Source of the DNA: a virus
IMG/VR virus record: IMGVR_UViG_3300045541_000131
Span: 32,001-96,000 of that record
Length of the DNA: 64,000 nucleotides
Reading direction: 5' to 3' (one strand)
Shown: positions 1 through 9,670 of the stretch, piece by piece
How the letters are laid out: each line of letters opens with the position of its first letter
Numbering within the stretch: position 1 is the stretch's first letter
The notes under the pieces: model-generated
Databases searched by the model: none
What the model was told of the DNA's origin: nothing
The model's input: the letters and a program-made list of their open reading frames with translations, nothing else
Made by a program: the position numbers and the translations under genes

Positions 1-1583
1 CTATTACTGCTGGCAGTGTTATTGGACCAGCTGGTCCGACTGGTCCAACAGGTGCTACTGGTGCTGCTGCTACTATTACAGTTGGCACAGTTACAACTGG
101 CGCGGAAGGTTCCAGTGTTATTGTTACAAACAGCGGAACAAGTGGCGCTGCGGTTTTAGACTTTACAATCCCCAAAGGCGACACAGGTCCAGCATTCAGT
201 TTAAACAGCAAAACCAGTAGTGTAAATGTATTAGGTATTGGCAATACTACAGTTGCCGGTTACGATTTAGAAGTTGATACTGCTAATAAATGGCGTACTG
301 CTCGCAGTTTAAGTTTAACAGGTAAAGTTACTGGTCTTGCTACTGGTATCGATGGTAGCGGAAATATCAGCTTAACTACAAGCCTAAGCGGTGTTACTAC
401 TGACGATGTAACCGAAGGTACAAATCAATATCATACAACTGCAAGAGCCCGTGCTAGTGTTAGTGCTAATACATTAAGTGGTATTACATATAACAGCACC
501 ACTGGTGTGTTTAGTTTAAGCAGTATTCCTACAGGTAGTTTGGCCGCAAGCTCAATAACTATTAACGGTACAAGTATTACACTAGGTGGCAGTGGTACAC
601 TTACTACCAGCAACATCACCGAAGGTTCAAATCAATATTTTACCAATGCTAGAGCAGATGCTCGTGCTGATGTAAGAATTGCTGCCAGCAGCATTAATGC
701 ATTGCAAGACGTCGACACAGCAACTACATTACCTACATCAGGACAGGCACTTGTTTGGGACGGTACTGTTTGGAAACCAGGTACAGTTGCAGGCGGTGGC
801 AGTAGCGGTATTAGCAATATCAACGGTTATAGTACTAGCACAGTAACTTTAGTAACAGATGATATTGCCGAAGATGGCAGTCCAAATAACAAATGGTTTA
901 CAGATGCTCGCGCTCGTGCTGCTATAAGTGCAGGCGGAAACCTAAGCTACAACAGTACAACTGGTGTAATGAGTTACACTACACCAACAACCGATGGAGT
1001 AAGTGAAGGTAGCACAAACTTATACTATACCACAGCACGCTTCGATACTCGCTTAGGTCAAAGTAATCTAAGTCAATTGGCTGATGTGGCTGACACTGCT
1101 GCAACAGCAGGACAAGTTCTTGCTTGGAATGCCAGCACCAGTCGTTGGACACCAAGTTCTACAGCAGGCGGTGGTGGTACAACACTAGAGCGTTTAGCAG
1201 TTCAGGTAGATTATGATGCCAGCGGTAACTTAACTAGTGTTACTGTGTTAAATGGCAGCGGTAGTGCTACAATTACTGCTGCCACTGCTGCTACTGCCGA
1301 AGTTGAATTTACCTTAACAGGATTTAGTGCGCCACCTATGTCTACAGTAGTTTATGGTTATCAGCGGGCCAGCAACGTTTATGCGATGCGACATGTTGAC
1401 AATGCAACATGGACAACAAAACGATTTGCAGCTGGCGGCACTTCGGGTAGCCCTACAATGTGGAGCAGTTGGGATCCGACTGTACATAAGCTAACATTAA
1501 CTTTAACTAGATCGGTTACATTAGCCAGCGCAGGTGTTGGTCAAACAACTCATTGTGTGGTACAAATTACTGGGGTTGCTTAA
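1..1583 (+). CDS. Tail fibre / virion structural repeat protein (5'-truncated by window)
   Basis: The frame is open from nt 3, so the ORF-track start at 507 is internal. It has a short collagen-like GPAGPTGPTGATG run, is rich in Gly/Thr/Ser/Ala, and carries four T(D/S)x(V/I)xE(D)GxxN-(Y/W)-TxAR-type repeats and two GQxLxW(D/N)xxxW motifs typical of phage fibres. Confidence 0.75.
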   Translation, partial: ITAGSVIGPAGPTGPTGATGAAATITVGTVTTGAEGSSVIVTNSGTSGAAVLDFTIPKGDTGPAFSLNSKTSSVNVLGIGNTTVAGYDLEVDTANKWRTARSLSLTGKVTGLATGIDGSGNISLTTSLSGVTTDDVTEGTNQYHTTARARASVSANTLSGITYNSTTGVFSLSSIPTGSLAASSITINGTSITLGGSGTLTTSNITEGSNQYFTNARADARADVRIAASSINALQDVDTATTLPTSGQALVWDGTVWKPGTVAGGGSSGISNINGYSTSTVTLVTDDIAEDGSPNNKWFTDARARAAISAGGNLSYNSTTGVMSYTTPTTDGVSEGSTNLYYTTARFDTRLGQSNLSQLADVADTAATAGQVLAWNASTSRWTPSSTAGGGGTTLERLAVQVDYDASGNLTSVTVLNGSGSATITAATAATAEVEFTLTGFSAPPMSTVVYGYQRASNVYAMRHVDNATWTTKRFAAGGTSGSPTMWSSWDPTVHKLTLTLTRSVTLASAGVGQTTHCVVQITGVA

Positions 1584-3589
1584 TGACTATTAGTGCGTGG
1601 AAGACCAGTTTTATAGGACTTAGCAAGCCACCTAAGGTACTTGGTGCCACAGTATCTGCTAGTGAAAACTTAGAACTGTGGCCTTACGCCCTGGGAACAG
1701 ATGATCCTTATTGGTCTGGCGGTGTTAACCCGCTGCCTTATAGATATAAAATGACTTTTTCTTTTATTGATCAAGGTCATGGTAGTCATTTAACTAGAAC
1801 ACCTTTTTTATACAACGCTCAAGATATCGAAGTAGGCGACTTTGTTGCTGGTGCCGACGATGGTAAAGTGTTGCAAGTAATGAGTATAATCAGTAAGGAT
1901 GATTATAATCTAGTGGCCATAGTCGAAGACCGACTTCGTTATAATGTATACAAAACTGGTTCTAGTATTTTTAACGTTCCAGGTAACGTAATCTTTTTCC
2001 AAATTAACGAACTAGGTGTCCCGATGTTGGACCCATTGCCAGGAACGGCCGGCTCGACTTTTTATGCTAACGTAATGAGCAGATTTCAGTACATGAATCC
2101 GTTAACAAATTATGTACTAGAAAAAACAGCACATGGTTTTGAAAAAGGCGATGCTATTTGTATAGAAGGCGGAGAGTTTGTTCTCAGTGATCCCGACAAT
2201 ATTACAAAATTTATTGGTACAGTAGTCGAGCCCGGCCCAGGTCCAGATCAATTTATTCTAAGACCTGCCAATGGTATCATCGACTTTGTACCAGGCTTAC
2301 CAGGTAATGTAGGCGACTACATATATCCAAAGATTGATGGTTCTGGTGATTTGACTACCAACGATGAAAGTCAGCGACCAATTTTTATGAAAGTCGCTGA
2401 TGCTATTTCCACATATACTATCGGCAGTAACCTAGACCCCACTGGCATAGACGGGGATGTAGTTGAGATAAATAAAATTCAAGTTACATTAAGCAGCGGC
2501 AGCGGAACTTACACGTTAACAGATGCTATCACAGACATTAACGCATTAACTTCCGATCATAAATTAACTGCTGACGCTGTTAACGGAGCTACGAGTGTAA
2601 TCAGTGACTTTATTGGTGTTGGAAGTGCGTATGGTGTGGTCGCTGGTTACACTCCCTTTTCTGCTAGTATCAACGGCGTAACAATAAACTTTACAACAAC
2701 TACCAGCGGTAGTGTAGCCTTCGGTGATCCCGCTGTAGCCAATGCTAGCGACATGGCTGAAGACATTAATGCTGCCAAGATTCCCAACATAAATGCCAGT
2801 GTATCAGGCGCAGGAGAACTTGTTCTTATTAACTCAATAGGAACTGCCATAACTATTGTTAATATCACTAACGATGCTAACGGAACTCCATGGGCTGGCG
2901 CGAACAGTTTATCAAGTTTAGCATTGAATACCGCCGCTAACACAACTAACTTTGTTTTACGCCTACAGCGATTAGACGGTGGGCCAATGACATTGCGTGA
3001 CGTACAAGGACAATTCTTTACCACCGCCGGTGTAATCAGCGGTCAGAATGGTCGTTATGCTCTTGGACTTTACATTGAACAAGGTCTTCGCAGTAGTAAA
3101 ACAACAATGGTAGCTAATATTGCTGCCAGAAATGCCTTATATCCTTTGCCTGGAGATCAAGCGTATGTGATTGATGATGGCAATGGCGAATGGGCAGTAT
3201 TTTTATATGACGGAGCATCTTGGCAGCGTGTATCTAATCAGCGCAGCGACGCTACAGATGCCAGAACTTATACTACTGAATTTGATTTGAGTAGTATAAC
3301 ATCAACTGGCATTGTTCGACAAAGCCTAGGTCATATAAGTGCTGGCCGAACAGTTATTAGCGCAAAAGTTCTAGTCACTGGTGTATGTCCTGCAGGAACA
3401 ACAATTACAGTTGGAACTGATACATCTCCAAATGAATTTTTTGAAGAAAATGATGCTATCTTAACTCAATCTGGACAATATAACACTACGCCAGATTATC
3501 GAACAAACACATACACAGAGGTTGTAGCCGAATTAAATCTGCCCACACTGGGCATCGGCTATGTAACAGTTATATTAACTTATGTTTAA
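1583..3589 (+). CDS. Putative virion structural protein
   Basis: ATG overlaps the upstream stop (TAATG). Gly/Thr/Asn-rich beta-strand composition, with an IAARNAL..GDQAYV..W..F.Y.G..W motif common in phage tail proteins. Confidence 0.6.
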   Translation: MTISAWKTSFIGLSKPPKVLGATVSASENLELWPYALGTDDPYWSGGVNPLPYRYKMTFSFIDQGHGSHLTRTPFLYNAQDIEVGDFVAGADDGKVLQVMSIISKDDYNLVAIVEDRLRYNVYKTGSSIFNVPGNVIFFQINELGVPMLDPLPGTAGSTFYANVMSRFQYMNPLTNYVLEKTAHGFEKGDAICIEGGEFVLSDPDNITKFIGTVVEPGPGPDQFILRPANGIIDFVPGLPGNVGDYIYPKIDGSGDLTTNDESQRPIFMKVADAISTYTIGSNLDPTGIDGDVVEINKIQVTLSSGSGTYTLTDAITDINALTSDHKLTADAVNGATSVISDFIGVGSAYGVVAGYTPFSASINGVTINFTTTTSGSVAFGDPAVANASDMAEDINAAKIPNINASVSGAGELVLINSIGTAITIVNITNDANGTPWAGANSLSSLALNTAANTTNFVLRLQRLDGGPMTLRDVQGQFFTTAGVISGQNGRYALGLYIEQGLRSSKTTMVANIAARNALYPLPGDQAYVIDDGNGEWAVFLYDGASWQRVSNQRSDATDARTYTTEFDLSSITSTGIVRQSLGHISAGRTVISAKVLVTGVCPAGTTITVGTDTSPNEFFEENDAILTQSGQYNTTPDYRTNTYTEVVAELNLPTLGIGYVTVILTYV

Positions 3590-3601
3590 GGAAGAATAAA
3601 A

Positions 3602-4102
3602 ATGCCTAAATTAGATGAAGACGATTTCGTAGACCCAGGTAATTTACCTCCTATTGCAGGACCAAAAAATCCTCCTCCAGCCGGACTTGCTAGTCCTAGT
3701 GGTATGGGCGGTGGTATGAGCATGGGCGGTGGTTTTGGTAGTGGCACAACAAACATTGGCCAACAATTTAACGCTGCACCACAAATGGATCGCAATGCTG
3801 GTGGTGCTAACGCTGCACAAGGTGCTGATGTTTTAGTTAAACACAGCAAAGAAAGCGAAGACTGGATTAACAAAAAATGGCGTCCAGTAATGGGTTGGGT
3901 ATATATGGCTACATGTACCGCCGACTTTGTGTTATTCCCTGTTCTATGGAGTGCATTACAGGCACTTAGCCATGGTTCAGTAAATACACAATGGAATCCA
4001 ATTACGCTACAAGGTGCTGGACTTTACCATATTGCCATGGGTGCCGTACTTGGTATTGCAGCCTACGGTCGTACTAAAGAGAAACTTGAAAGCAAGCAAT
4101 AA
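3602..4102 (+). CDS. Holin-like protein (3TM / GTA-holin type) with a low-complexity N-terminus
   Basis: W..KWRP.MGW.Y motif followed by hydrophobic helices and LG..AYGRT.EK. Confidence 0.65.
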   Translation: MPKLDEDDFVDPGNLPPIAGPKNPPPAGLASPSGMGGGMSMGGGFGSGTTNIGQQFNAAPQMDRNAGGANAAQGADVLVKHSKESEDWINKKWRPVMGWVYMATCTADFVLFPVLWSALQALSHGSVNTQWNPITLQGAGLYHIAMGAVLGIAAYGRTKEKLESKQ

Positions 4103-4110
4103 CTACTATT

Positions 4111-4458
4111 ATGATTATAGAAGAATTTCAACACTATTTTAGAATTTGCATGGGTCGAACCATTACTGGCGAAGAGGCTAGGTTATACCTCTTCGCTGTC
4201 AATGACCACGCAGATGTCGAAGCAGACGCAGAAGATGTCGTCATGGTTTATCATTTGGACGAAGAAACAGGTGCTCATTGTTACGATGTTCGTTTATCCA
4301 AAGATATTACTGGCGAACAAGGCGATCAAATTATCGCAGGCCTGGAAGAAATTTTCCCAACCGATGATTTCACCGCAGAAAGTAGTATGGATTCTGTCAG
4401 CGAAAACCAATATTTGAACCAAGCCATTTTAGTTAAACTTGGGGAAAAATTGGTTTAA
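4111..4458 (+). CDS. Hypothetical acidic protein
   Basis: 115-aa ORF in operon-like spacing. Confidence 0.6.
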   Translation: MIIEEFQHYFRICMGRTITGEEARLYLFAVNDHADVEADAEDVVMVYHLDEETGAHCYDVRLSKDITGEQGDQIIAGLEEIFPTDDFTAESSMDSVSENQYLNQAILVKLGEKLV

Positions 4459-4464
4459 GTTAAA

Positions 4465-4493
4465 TTGACTGTATTTGTTTAGTCATGTATAAT
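4465..4493 (+). promoter_or_regulatory. Sigma70-like promoter for uvsE
   Basis: TTGACT-N17-TATAAT, 6 nt before ATG 4500. Confidence 0.65.
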
Positions 4494-4499
4494 AAGTGC

Positions 4500-5516
4500 A
4501 TGACTAAACGAATTGGTTTTGCTTGCAAGTGGATTGACCACCCACATCAAGTTAATGGTATCAAGCCTAAAGATGATTGCAAGCGGTACAACACTGGTAC
4601 TACAACAATCACCTGGCTAAATAGACAAAGCCGGGAAGTTGCTGAACAAAAACTGTGGGACTTAATGAAGTCCAACATCGAAGCAACAAGGCTTTTGGTA
4701 GAACGAGTAGGTAGTTTAGATGAAAATCTTCGCATGGTGCGTATTAGCAGTGATCTTCTTCCTGCTTATACTGAGCCCAAATGGAGTTACTTCTGGCGTC
4801 AGCCTGATGTTGTCCGCTATTGTGAGCATCATTTTCATCGCATTGGGACTTGGGCTCGGAGTAATAATACTAGGCTTAGTTTTCATCCTGGCCAGTTTTG
4901 TGTACTTGCTAGTGAAAATCCTGATATCGTTAATCGTTCAATAGAGGAGTTTGAATATCATGTGGATATGGCCCGTTGGATGGGATACGGCAAGGAATTT
5001 CAGGACTTTAAAATCAACGTCCATATCTCGGGTAGAGCCGGTCCAGCGGGTATCCGACAAGCCCTACAACGCATGTCCCCCGAAGCAAGAAACTGCATCA
5101 CAATCGAAAACGAAGAAATGGCCTGGGGACTCGACAGCACGCTCGAGCTCGCCGGGGATCTCGCTTTGGTGCTAGACATCCACCATCATTGGATTAAAAC
5201 CGGAGAATACATTGAAGCTAGCGATGATCGTATTAAAAGGATTATTGATAGTTGGCGCGGCGTTCGTCCTGTTATACATTACAGCGTTAGTCGTGAAGAT
5301 GTACTCGAAAGCCATGACGCCTCTAATCTTCCACTCATGGAGTCTCTGCTAAAGTCAGGTTACAAAAAAGCCAAACTGCGAGCACACAGCGACTTCTATT
5401 GGAACGATGCTGTCAATCAGTGGGCATTGACACACAATGACTGGGCAGATATAATGTGCGAAAGCAAGGGAAAGAATCTAGCTAGTTTTGAACTGGCTAA
5501 AATGTTAAATGACTGA
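4500..5516 (+). CDS. uvsE: UV DNA damage endonuclease (UvsE/UvdE)
   Basis: RIGFAC, RISSD, RLSFHPGQF, INVH, IENEE, LVLDIHHH, HYS, AHSD and DIMCESKGK motifs. Confidence 0.92.
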   Translation: MTKRIGFACKWIDHPHQVNGIKPKDDCKRYNTGTTTITWLNRQSREVAEQKLWDLMKSNIEATRLLVERVGSLDENLRMVRISSDLLPAYTEPKWSYFWRQPDVVRYCEHHFHRIGTWARSNNTRLSFHPGQFCVLASENPDIVNRSIEEFEYHVDMARWMGYGKEFQDFKINVHISGRAGPAGIRQALQRMSPEARNCITIENEEMAWGLDSTLELAGDLALVLDIHHHWIKTGEYIEASDDRIKRIIDSWRGVRPVIHYSVSREDVLESHDASNLPLMESLLKSGYKKAKLRAHSDFYWNDAVNQWALTHNDWADIMCESKGKNLASFELAKMLND

Positions 5517-5649
5517 TCAAGAGCTGATACAGTTGTACGAAGAAATGAAACAAGTGTTCGGAGACAAACTGCCCAACCCCGAGCACCATCCACTTGTCTT
5601 TGCATATTATCTCAGGCTTTATCTTTACACCAAAACACACGGCTATTAA
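5509..5649 (+). CDS. Small hypothetical protein (46 aa, MTDQELIQLYEEM...)
   Basis: Read manually; it fills the gap between uvsE and the next gene with overlapping or abutting ends. Confidence 0.55.
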   Translation: MTDQELIQLYEEMKQVFGDKLPNPEHHPLVFAYYLRLYLYTKTHGY

Positions 5650-5651
5650 CA

Positions 5652-6260
5652 ATGAGTATTTTTAAAAATTTGACTTTTTCTTTTGATGATTTAGATCGAC
5701 CCTCGTTTTCAAAAATAAGTTCACCAATAACCCTTCAAGACATTGTTAATACAATCTACAATGGCATCGACGGCGGGCCATGGATCGCAGGCGGCATGGG
5801 TCGTCAGATGGTATTGGGAGAAACAGATTTCAATGACATCGATGTATGGTTTAAAAATCCCATTCAATTCGAGCAATTAAAAGCAAGATTGCAGGAAAAG
5901 TATGGAAACACAATGTATGAAACTTATGCCAGCGACAATGCCATTACCTACAACATCGGCGATGTTAAAGTTCAATTGATTAGACGCAAGTGGTATAATA
6001 GCCTAGAGGATGTGTTTAAGGATTTTGATTTTACCTGCTGTCAGGTTGCTGTTGACCAAAACATGCAACCTTATGGGCCGGGTATCGAAGATGCTAAAAA
6101 TTACAAGTTAGTTGTTAATCGGTTAGACACTAAAGGATTTTTAGCTCGTTACAGCAAATATGTCAGTTATGGATATGTTATGAATCCTGAGGACTTTGTC
6201 AAAGTTCTAGAACAAGAGGAAATCAATTATGAATTCGATGGCTCAGTTTTCGGATACTGA
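5652..6260 (+). CDS. Nucleotidyltransferase, CCA-adding/poly(A) polymerase head-domain-like
   Basis: WIAGG..R, DIDVW, VQLI and DFDFT motifs of class II NTase catalytic heads. Confidence 0.7.
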   Translation: MSIFKNLTFSFDDLDRPSFSKISSPITLQDIVNTIYNGIDGGPWIAGGMGRQMVLGETDFNDIDVWFKNPIQFEQLKARLQEKYGNTMYETYASDNAITYNIGDVKVQLIRRKWYNSLEDVFKDFDFTCCQVAVDQNMQPYGPGIEDAKNYKLVVNRLDTKGFLARYSKYVSYGYVMNPEDFVKVLEQEEINYEFDGSVFGY

Positions 6261-6609
6261 TTATAATCAAGCATTACTGGTTAGTCGACTCAGTGGGTTG
6301 CCAGTAAATGTTTCTGACGATGTATTTGTATGGAATGATAAAATCATCGACAGAGCCACTGCTATTGTGGCTTTGTTAAAAGTTTATAATCAAGTACCTG
6401 TCGGCGACAATGCTAAACGGCGTCTTTATAAACAATATCAAAAAAAGTTTAAAGCAGTTTGTAAAGAAAAAACATTTTTAGTTGCTAATGAAGAGCATGC
6501 AGACTCTGGAAATATTTGGTTCTATCAAGTTTGCAAACGCATTCAAAAGTCTGCCGCTACAAGAACTAATGAAGAGATTAAAAATATTCTCATCAGCTTA
6601 CACAGGTAA
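6229..6609 (+). CDS. Hypothetical protein
   Basis: ORF coupled to the upstream gene. Confidence 0.55.
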   Translation: MNSMAQFSDTDYNQALLVSRLSGLPVNVSDDVFVWNDKIIDRATAIVALLKVYNQVPVGDNAKRRLYKQYQKKFKAVCKEKTFLVANEEHADSGNIWFYQVCKRIQKSAATRTNEEIKNILISLHR

Positions 6610-7545
6610 TGGATCAGAGTAAGGTGTTTCAAAAATTACCATACGAAGTTTAAAATCATAATTATAAAAATCCAAGCCTGAATATTTCATGTAGTCGTCA
6701 ATGGAGCGAACGGTTCCTAGTCCATACGGAGCAGCTAGTTGATTTCGAACTAACTTGCTGATATGTTCCTTAGCTTCTTGTTGAATTTTTTCAGTGTGGC
6801 CTGGAGCATAGTCTCTTTGAACTACGCCGCCGTATGATTTGTCCCAGCAATGATTTAAGGGAATTTTGGACAAGTGAAAGATATTATATCCGCTTGTCCA
6901 TGCCCGCATGCTGATTATAATTTCTTCGCCCCCAAAAAACACTGCGTCATCGTAGGGAACTTCTTTGACTAAACTTGCATCGGAAAACATAAAACATGCA
7001 CCAATGTGGTAACCATGTACTATATTATGAATTGTGGGTGTAAAGTTTCCTACTGGGGGATGAAAACCATTTAACGAAAATAAATGATTTCGTTCTTCTA
7101 AATTTAAAATCGAACAGATAGTATTTGGCACAAGCGGCTGTTTTACAAAAGTTTCAGGGTTAAAGCTGTTTGGGTATCCAGTTAATATTGGCTTGGAATG
7201 ATACTTCTTTATTTCATTCAAATGATTTATCAAAGTTTGATCCCACGCATCATCAAACAGTGTATGAGCGTCGATCTGCAAAAAATAGCTTTCGTCGCTG
7301 ACCATTTTTTGAATATTTTTTCTTGCCCAGCAAACTCCTTTGGTTGATTTTGGGTCGACGTTGGCATAAATTATTTGCTTTCGAAAATCAAATTGATTTA
7401 GATTTAATTTTTCGTTGTCATTGGCTTGCTCAAATACACCAAAAACTAAACTATCTTTGAATTTGGCTTTATTATAAGCGTCATTGATTGTTGTTGCTAA
7501 TAATTTGTCTCGATATGATGCAATGCTAATGAAGATTTTATCCAT
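6598..7545 (-). CDS. GlcNAc-transferase (Skp1-hydroxyproline GlcNAc-T / GT60-like)
   Basis: IFISIASYRD, GVCWAR, YFLQIDAH..F...WD, EVPYD and F.GEE..S.RAWT.GY motifs. Reverse-strand TAAATA lies just upstream of Met 7545. Confidence 0.8.
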   Translation of the reverse strand: MDKIFISIASYRDKLLATTINDAYNKAKFKDSLVFGVFEQANDNEKLNLNQFDFRKQIIYANVDPKSTKGVCWARKNIQKMVSDESYFLQIDAHTLFDDAWDQTLINHLNEIKKYHSKPILTGYPNSFNPETFVKQPLVPNTICSILNLEERNHLFSLNGFHPPVGNFTPTIHNIVHGYHIGACFMFSDASLVKEVPYDDAVFFGGEEIIISMRAWTSGYNIFHLSKIPLNHCWDKSYGGVVQRDYAPGHTEKIQQEAKEHISKLVRNQLAAPYGLGTVRSIDDYMKYSGLDFYNYDFKLRMVIFETPYSDPLPV

Positions 7546-7592
7546 GTTGATATTTATGAGGTTTTCCAAAACTCAGAAAAAACTGCGGAAAA

Positions 7593-7624
7593 ATGCTGCG
7601 GTGCCACATAATTTCTGTTATAAT
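7593..7624 (+). promoter_or_regulatory. Extended -10 promoter with PhaR-like operator (ATGnnGC-N3-GCnnCAT)
   Basis: Imperfect palindrome ATGCTGCGGTGCCACAT at 7593-7609 and TGTTATAAT at 7616-7624, upstream of the phasin-like gene. Confidence 0.45.
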
Positions 7625-7691
7625 CGCTAAATAGTAATATGCGATGCTCCAAAGAGGTCGCCAGTAAACTTGCTTATTAAAGGAGAAAACT

Positions 7692-7961
7692 ATGTTTACA
7701 TTTGACGCTATGATTGACGCTGTACAAACCAGCAAGAAGACTTTTGTTAATACTTTCGTTACCAACGAAAAGGTTAAGTCTGCACTAATCGAATTTGTCG
7801 ATGCACAGACAGAATACACAAAGAATGCCAGCAAAGTTGGCATGAACACATTTTCAACTGTGGCCAAGGAAACAGTTAGTGCTGTTCAAAATGCTGCCAA
7901 GTTCGACTACAGCAAGTTCGGCGAAGGCATCATGAAGGCTTATCAAGCACAAACTAAGTAA
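7692..7961 (+). CDS. Phasin-like (PHA granule-associated) protein
   Basis: 89-aa amphipathic helical protein (IDAVQTSKKTFV..FV...FVDAQTEYTK) with a strong AAGGAGA RBS. Confidence 0.5.
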   Translation: MFTFDAMIDAVQTSKKTFVNTFVTNEKVKSALIEFVDAQTEYTKNASKVGMNTFSTVAKETVSAVQNAAKFDYSKFGEGIMKAYQAQTK

Positions 7962-7979
7962 TTAAACTTAGCTCCAAAT

Positions 7980-8017
7980 AAAAACCCCGACTAAATATAA
8001 GATTAGCGGGGTTTTTT
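7980..8017 (+). terminator. Intrinsic terminator enclosing a TAAATA late-promoter motif
   Basis: AAAAACCCCG...CGGGGTTTTTT stem with TAAATA at 7992-7997 between the arms. Confidence 0.7.
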
Positions 8018-8020
8018 ACT

Positions 8021-8431
8021 ATGCGATTTAACGAACTTGACCAGCCTACAGTAGGCGATATATTAGAAATTGAAATTGGCGACGAAATCGTCGAAGCTGT
8101 TATTGCTGAAATCGACGGTGATGAAATCATCAGTGAAACAGACAATGTTGAAGGCGGCAATTTACTATTAGAAAACATTCAATTAGACGAAGCTGAATAT
8201 CAAGGTCGTGAAGTTAAACTAGGCAAACCAATGGCTGGTGATGTTAAGAAATTTAAAGTCTATGTTCGCAATCCTGCTACAGGCAAAACTATCAAAGTAA
8301 ACTTTGGTGATCCCAACATGCGTATTAAGAAAAGCAATCCTGCAAGACGCCGCAGTTTCCGTGCAAGACATAATTGCAAGAATCCAGGACCAAGAACAAA
8401 AGCTCGCTACTGGAGTTGTAGAAAATGGTGA
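8021..8431 (+). CDS. Putative virion internal protein: acidic N-half and basic Cys/His C-domain (DUF6321-like)
   Basis: MRFNEL leader; after LDE|AE comes KKFKVYV...FGDP...RRSFRARH.C....ARYWSC..W. Confidence 0.65.
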   Translation: MRFNELDQPTVGDILEIEIGDEIVEAVIAEIDGDEIISETDNVEGGNLLLENIQLDEAEYQGREVKLGKPMAGDVKKFKVYVRNPATGKTIKVNFGDPNMRIKKSNPARRRSFRARHNCKNPGPRTKARYWSCRKW

Positions 8432-9039
8432 TGAGATCTCATCACCCTATTACTTTTTCAGATCATTTTGCTTATGCGTTTACTAAAAGTCTGCGTTTCC
8501 TAGCAGATACATTTTTTAAGAAACGCTATGGCCATCGTGCTGTAATATTAGAAACTGTTGCTGGTGTGCCAGGAATGGTGGCTGGTATGTGGACGCATCT
8601 TAAAAGCCTGCGACAAATGCGGACAGGCTACGGTCCTAAAATTCGCACTCTATTAGGTGAGGCGGAAAATGAACGAATGCATCTAATGACATTTATTGAA
8701 ATAGCCAAGCCCACTTGGTTTGAAAGACTAATTGTTCTTTTAGCACAAGGAATATTTTGGCATATTTACTTTTTTATCTATGTGTTCTTTCCAAGGACAG
8801 CACATAGAATTGTAGGATACTTTGAAGAAGAAGCAGTTTATAGTTACACTGAATTCCTTAAAGAAATTGACGAAGGCAGGATTGAAAATGTTGCTGCTCC
8901 TCAAATAGCCATAGACTATTGGAAATTGGCCCGGGATGCCAGATTGCGCGATGTAGTGATAGCCGTAAGGGCCGATGAAGCTGGTCACAGAGATGTTAAT
9001 CATGAGTTCGCAGATCAAATTGACAAAGGACAGTGGTAA
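8431..9039 (+). CDS. aox: Alternative oxidase (di-iron ubiquinol oxidase)
   Basis: [25 protein letters not shown] and RADEAGH iron-ligand motifs, all intact. Confidence 0.93.
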   Translation: MRSHHPITFSDHFAYAFTKSLRFLADTFFKKRYGHRAVILETVAGVPGMVAGMWTHLKSLRQMRTGYGPKIRTLLGEAENERMHLMTFIEIAKPTWFERLIVLLAQGIFWHIYFFIYVFFPRTAHRIVGYFEEEAVYSYTEFLKEIDEGRIENVAAPQIAIDYWKLARDARLRDVVIAVRADEAGHRDVNHEFADQIDKGQW

Positions 9040-9659
9040 TATTGGACAACATTGAAGATCGGGATGTTTGGCCTAAATTAGATCCTGAAGATTTATGGAT
9101 CTATGATAAACTAATTGTAGCAAAAAAACTAGGACATCTTGCCGGGCCTGCAGGTGTGCCAGTGCCAAAACCAGACTGGTACATTGTTCGTCCTATTACT
9201 AATATCAGAATGATGAGCCGAGGCGCGGCAAGAGTATGGCTAACACCTGAAACTACCGATTCGGTTCCTGATGGATATTTCTGGAGTGAAATATTTACAG
9301 GGGACCATATTTCAGTCGACTATCGTTATGGTCAACAGGATCTTACTGTACAAGGCATTAAAAATAATAATAGGCTAGATAGATTTTATTGTTGGTATAA
9401 AGTTAATGCCAAACTTCCGCTGCCGGATATTTTGTTAGATCTGTCTAAAAAATATGAGTGGATAAATGTCGAATACATAGGTGGTCACGCAATAGAATTT
9501 CACCTAAGGTACAATGACGATTTTAGAAATCACGACGCAGATTTTATCTATCCTGTTTGGAAAGACGAACCTACTGCCCAGCCTGCAAACTCTAGCTGGT
9601 ATGAAAGCCCCGCTGGTGATAGATTAGGTTTCTGGGTCATAAATAAAAACACTTGTTAA
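9033..9659 (+). CDS. Hypothetical protein, possible ATP-grasp-like fold
   Basis: YDKL..A..LG, YIVRP, W.E.F.G.H.SVD and INVE.I....IE.H.R patterns resemble ATP-grasp motifs. Confidence 0.5.
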   Translation: MVILDNIEDRDVWPKLDPEDLWIYDKLIVAKKLGHLAGPAGVPVPKPDWYIVRPITNIRMMSRGAARVWLTPETTDSVPDGYFWSEIFTGDHISVDYRYGQQDLTVQGIKNNNRLDRFYCWYKVNAKLPLPDILLDLSKKYEWINVEYIGGHAIEFHLRYNDDFRNHDADFIYPVWKDEPTAQPANSSWYESPAGDRLGFWVINKNTC

Positions 9660-9670
9660 AGAGGTGTTAA

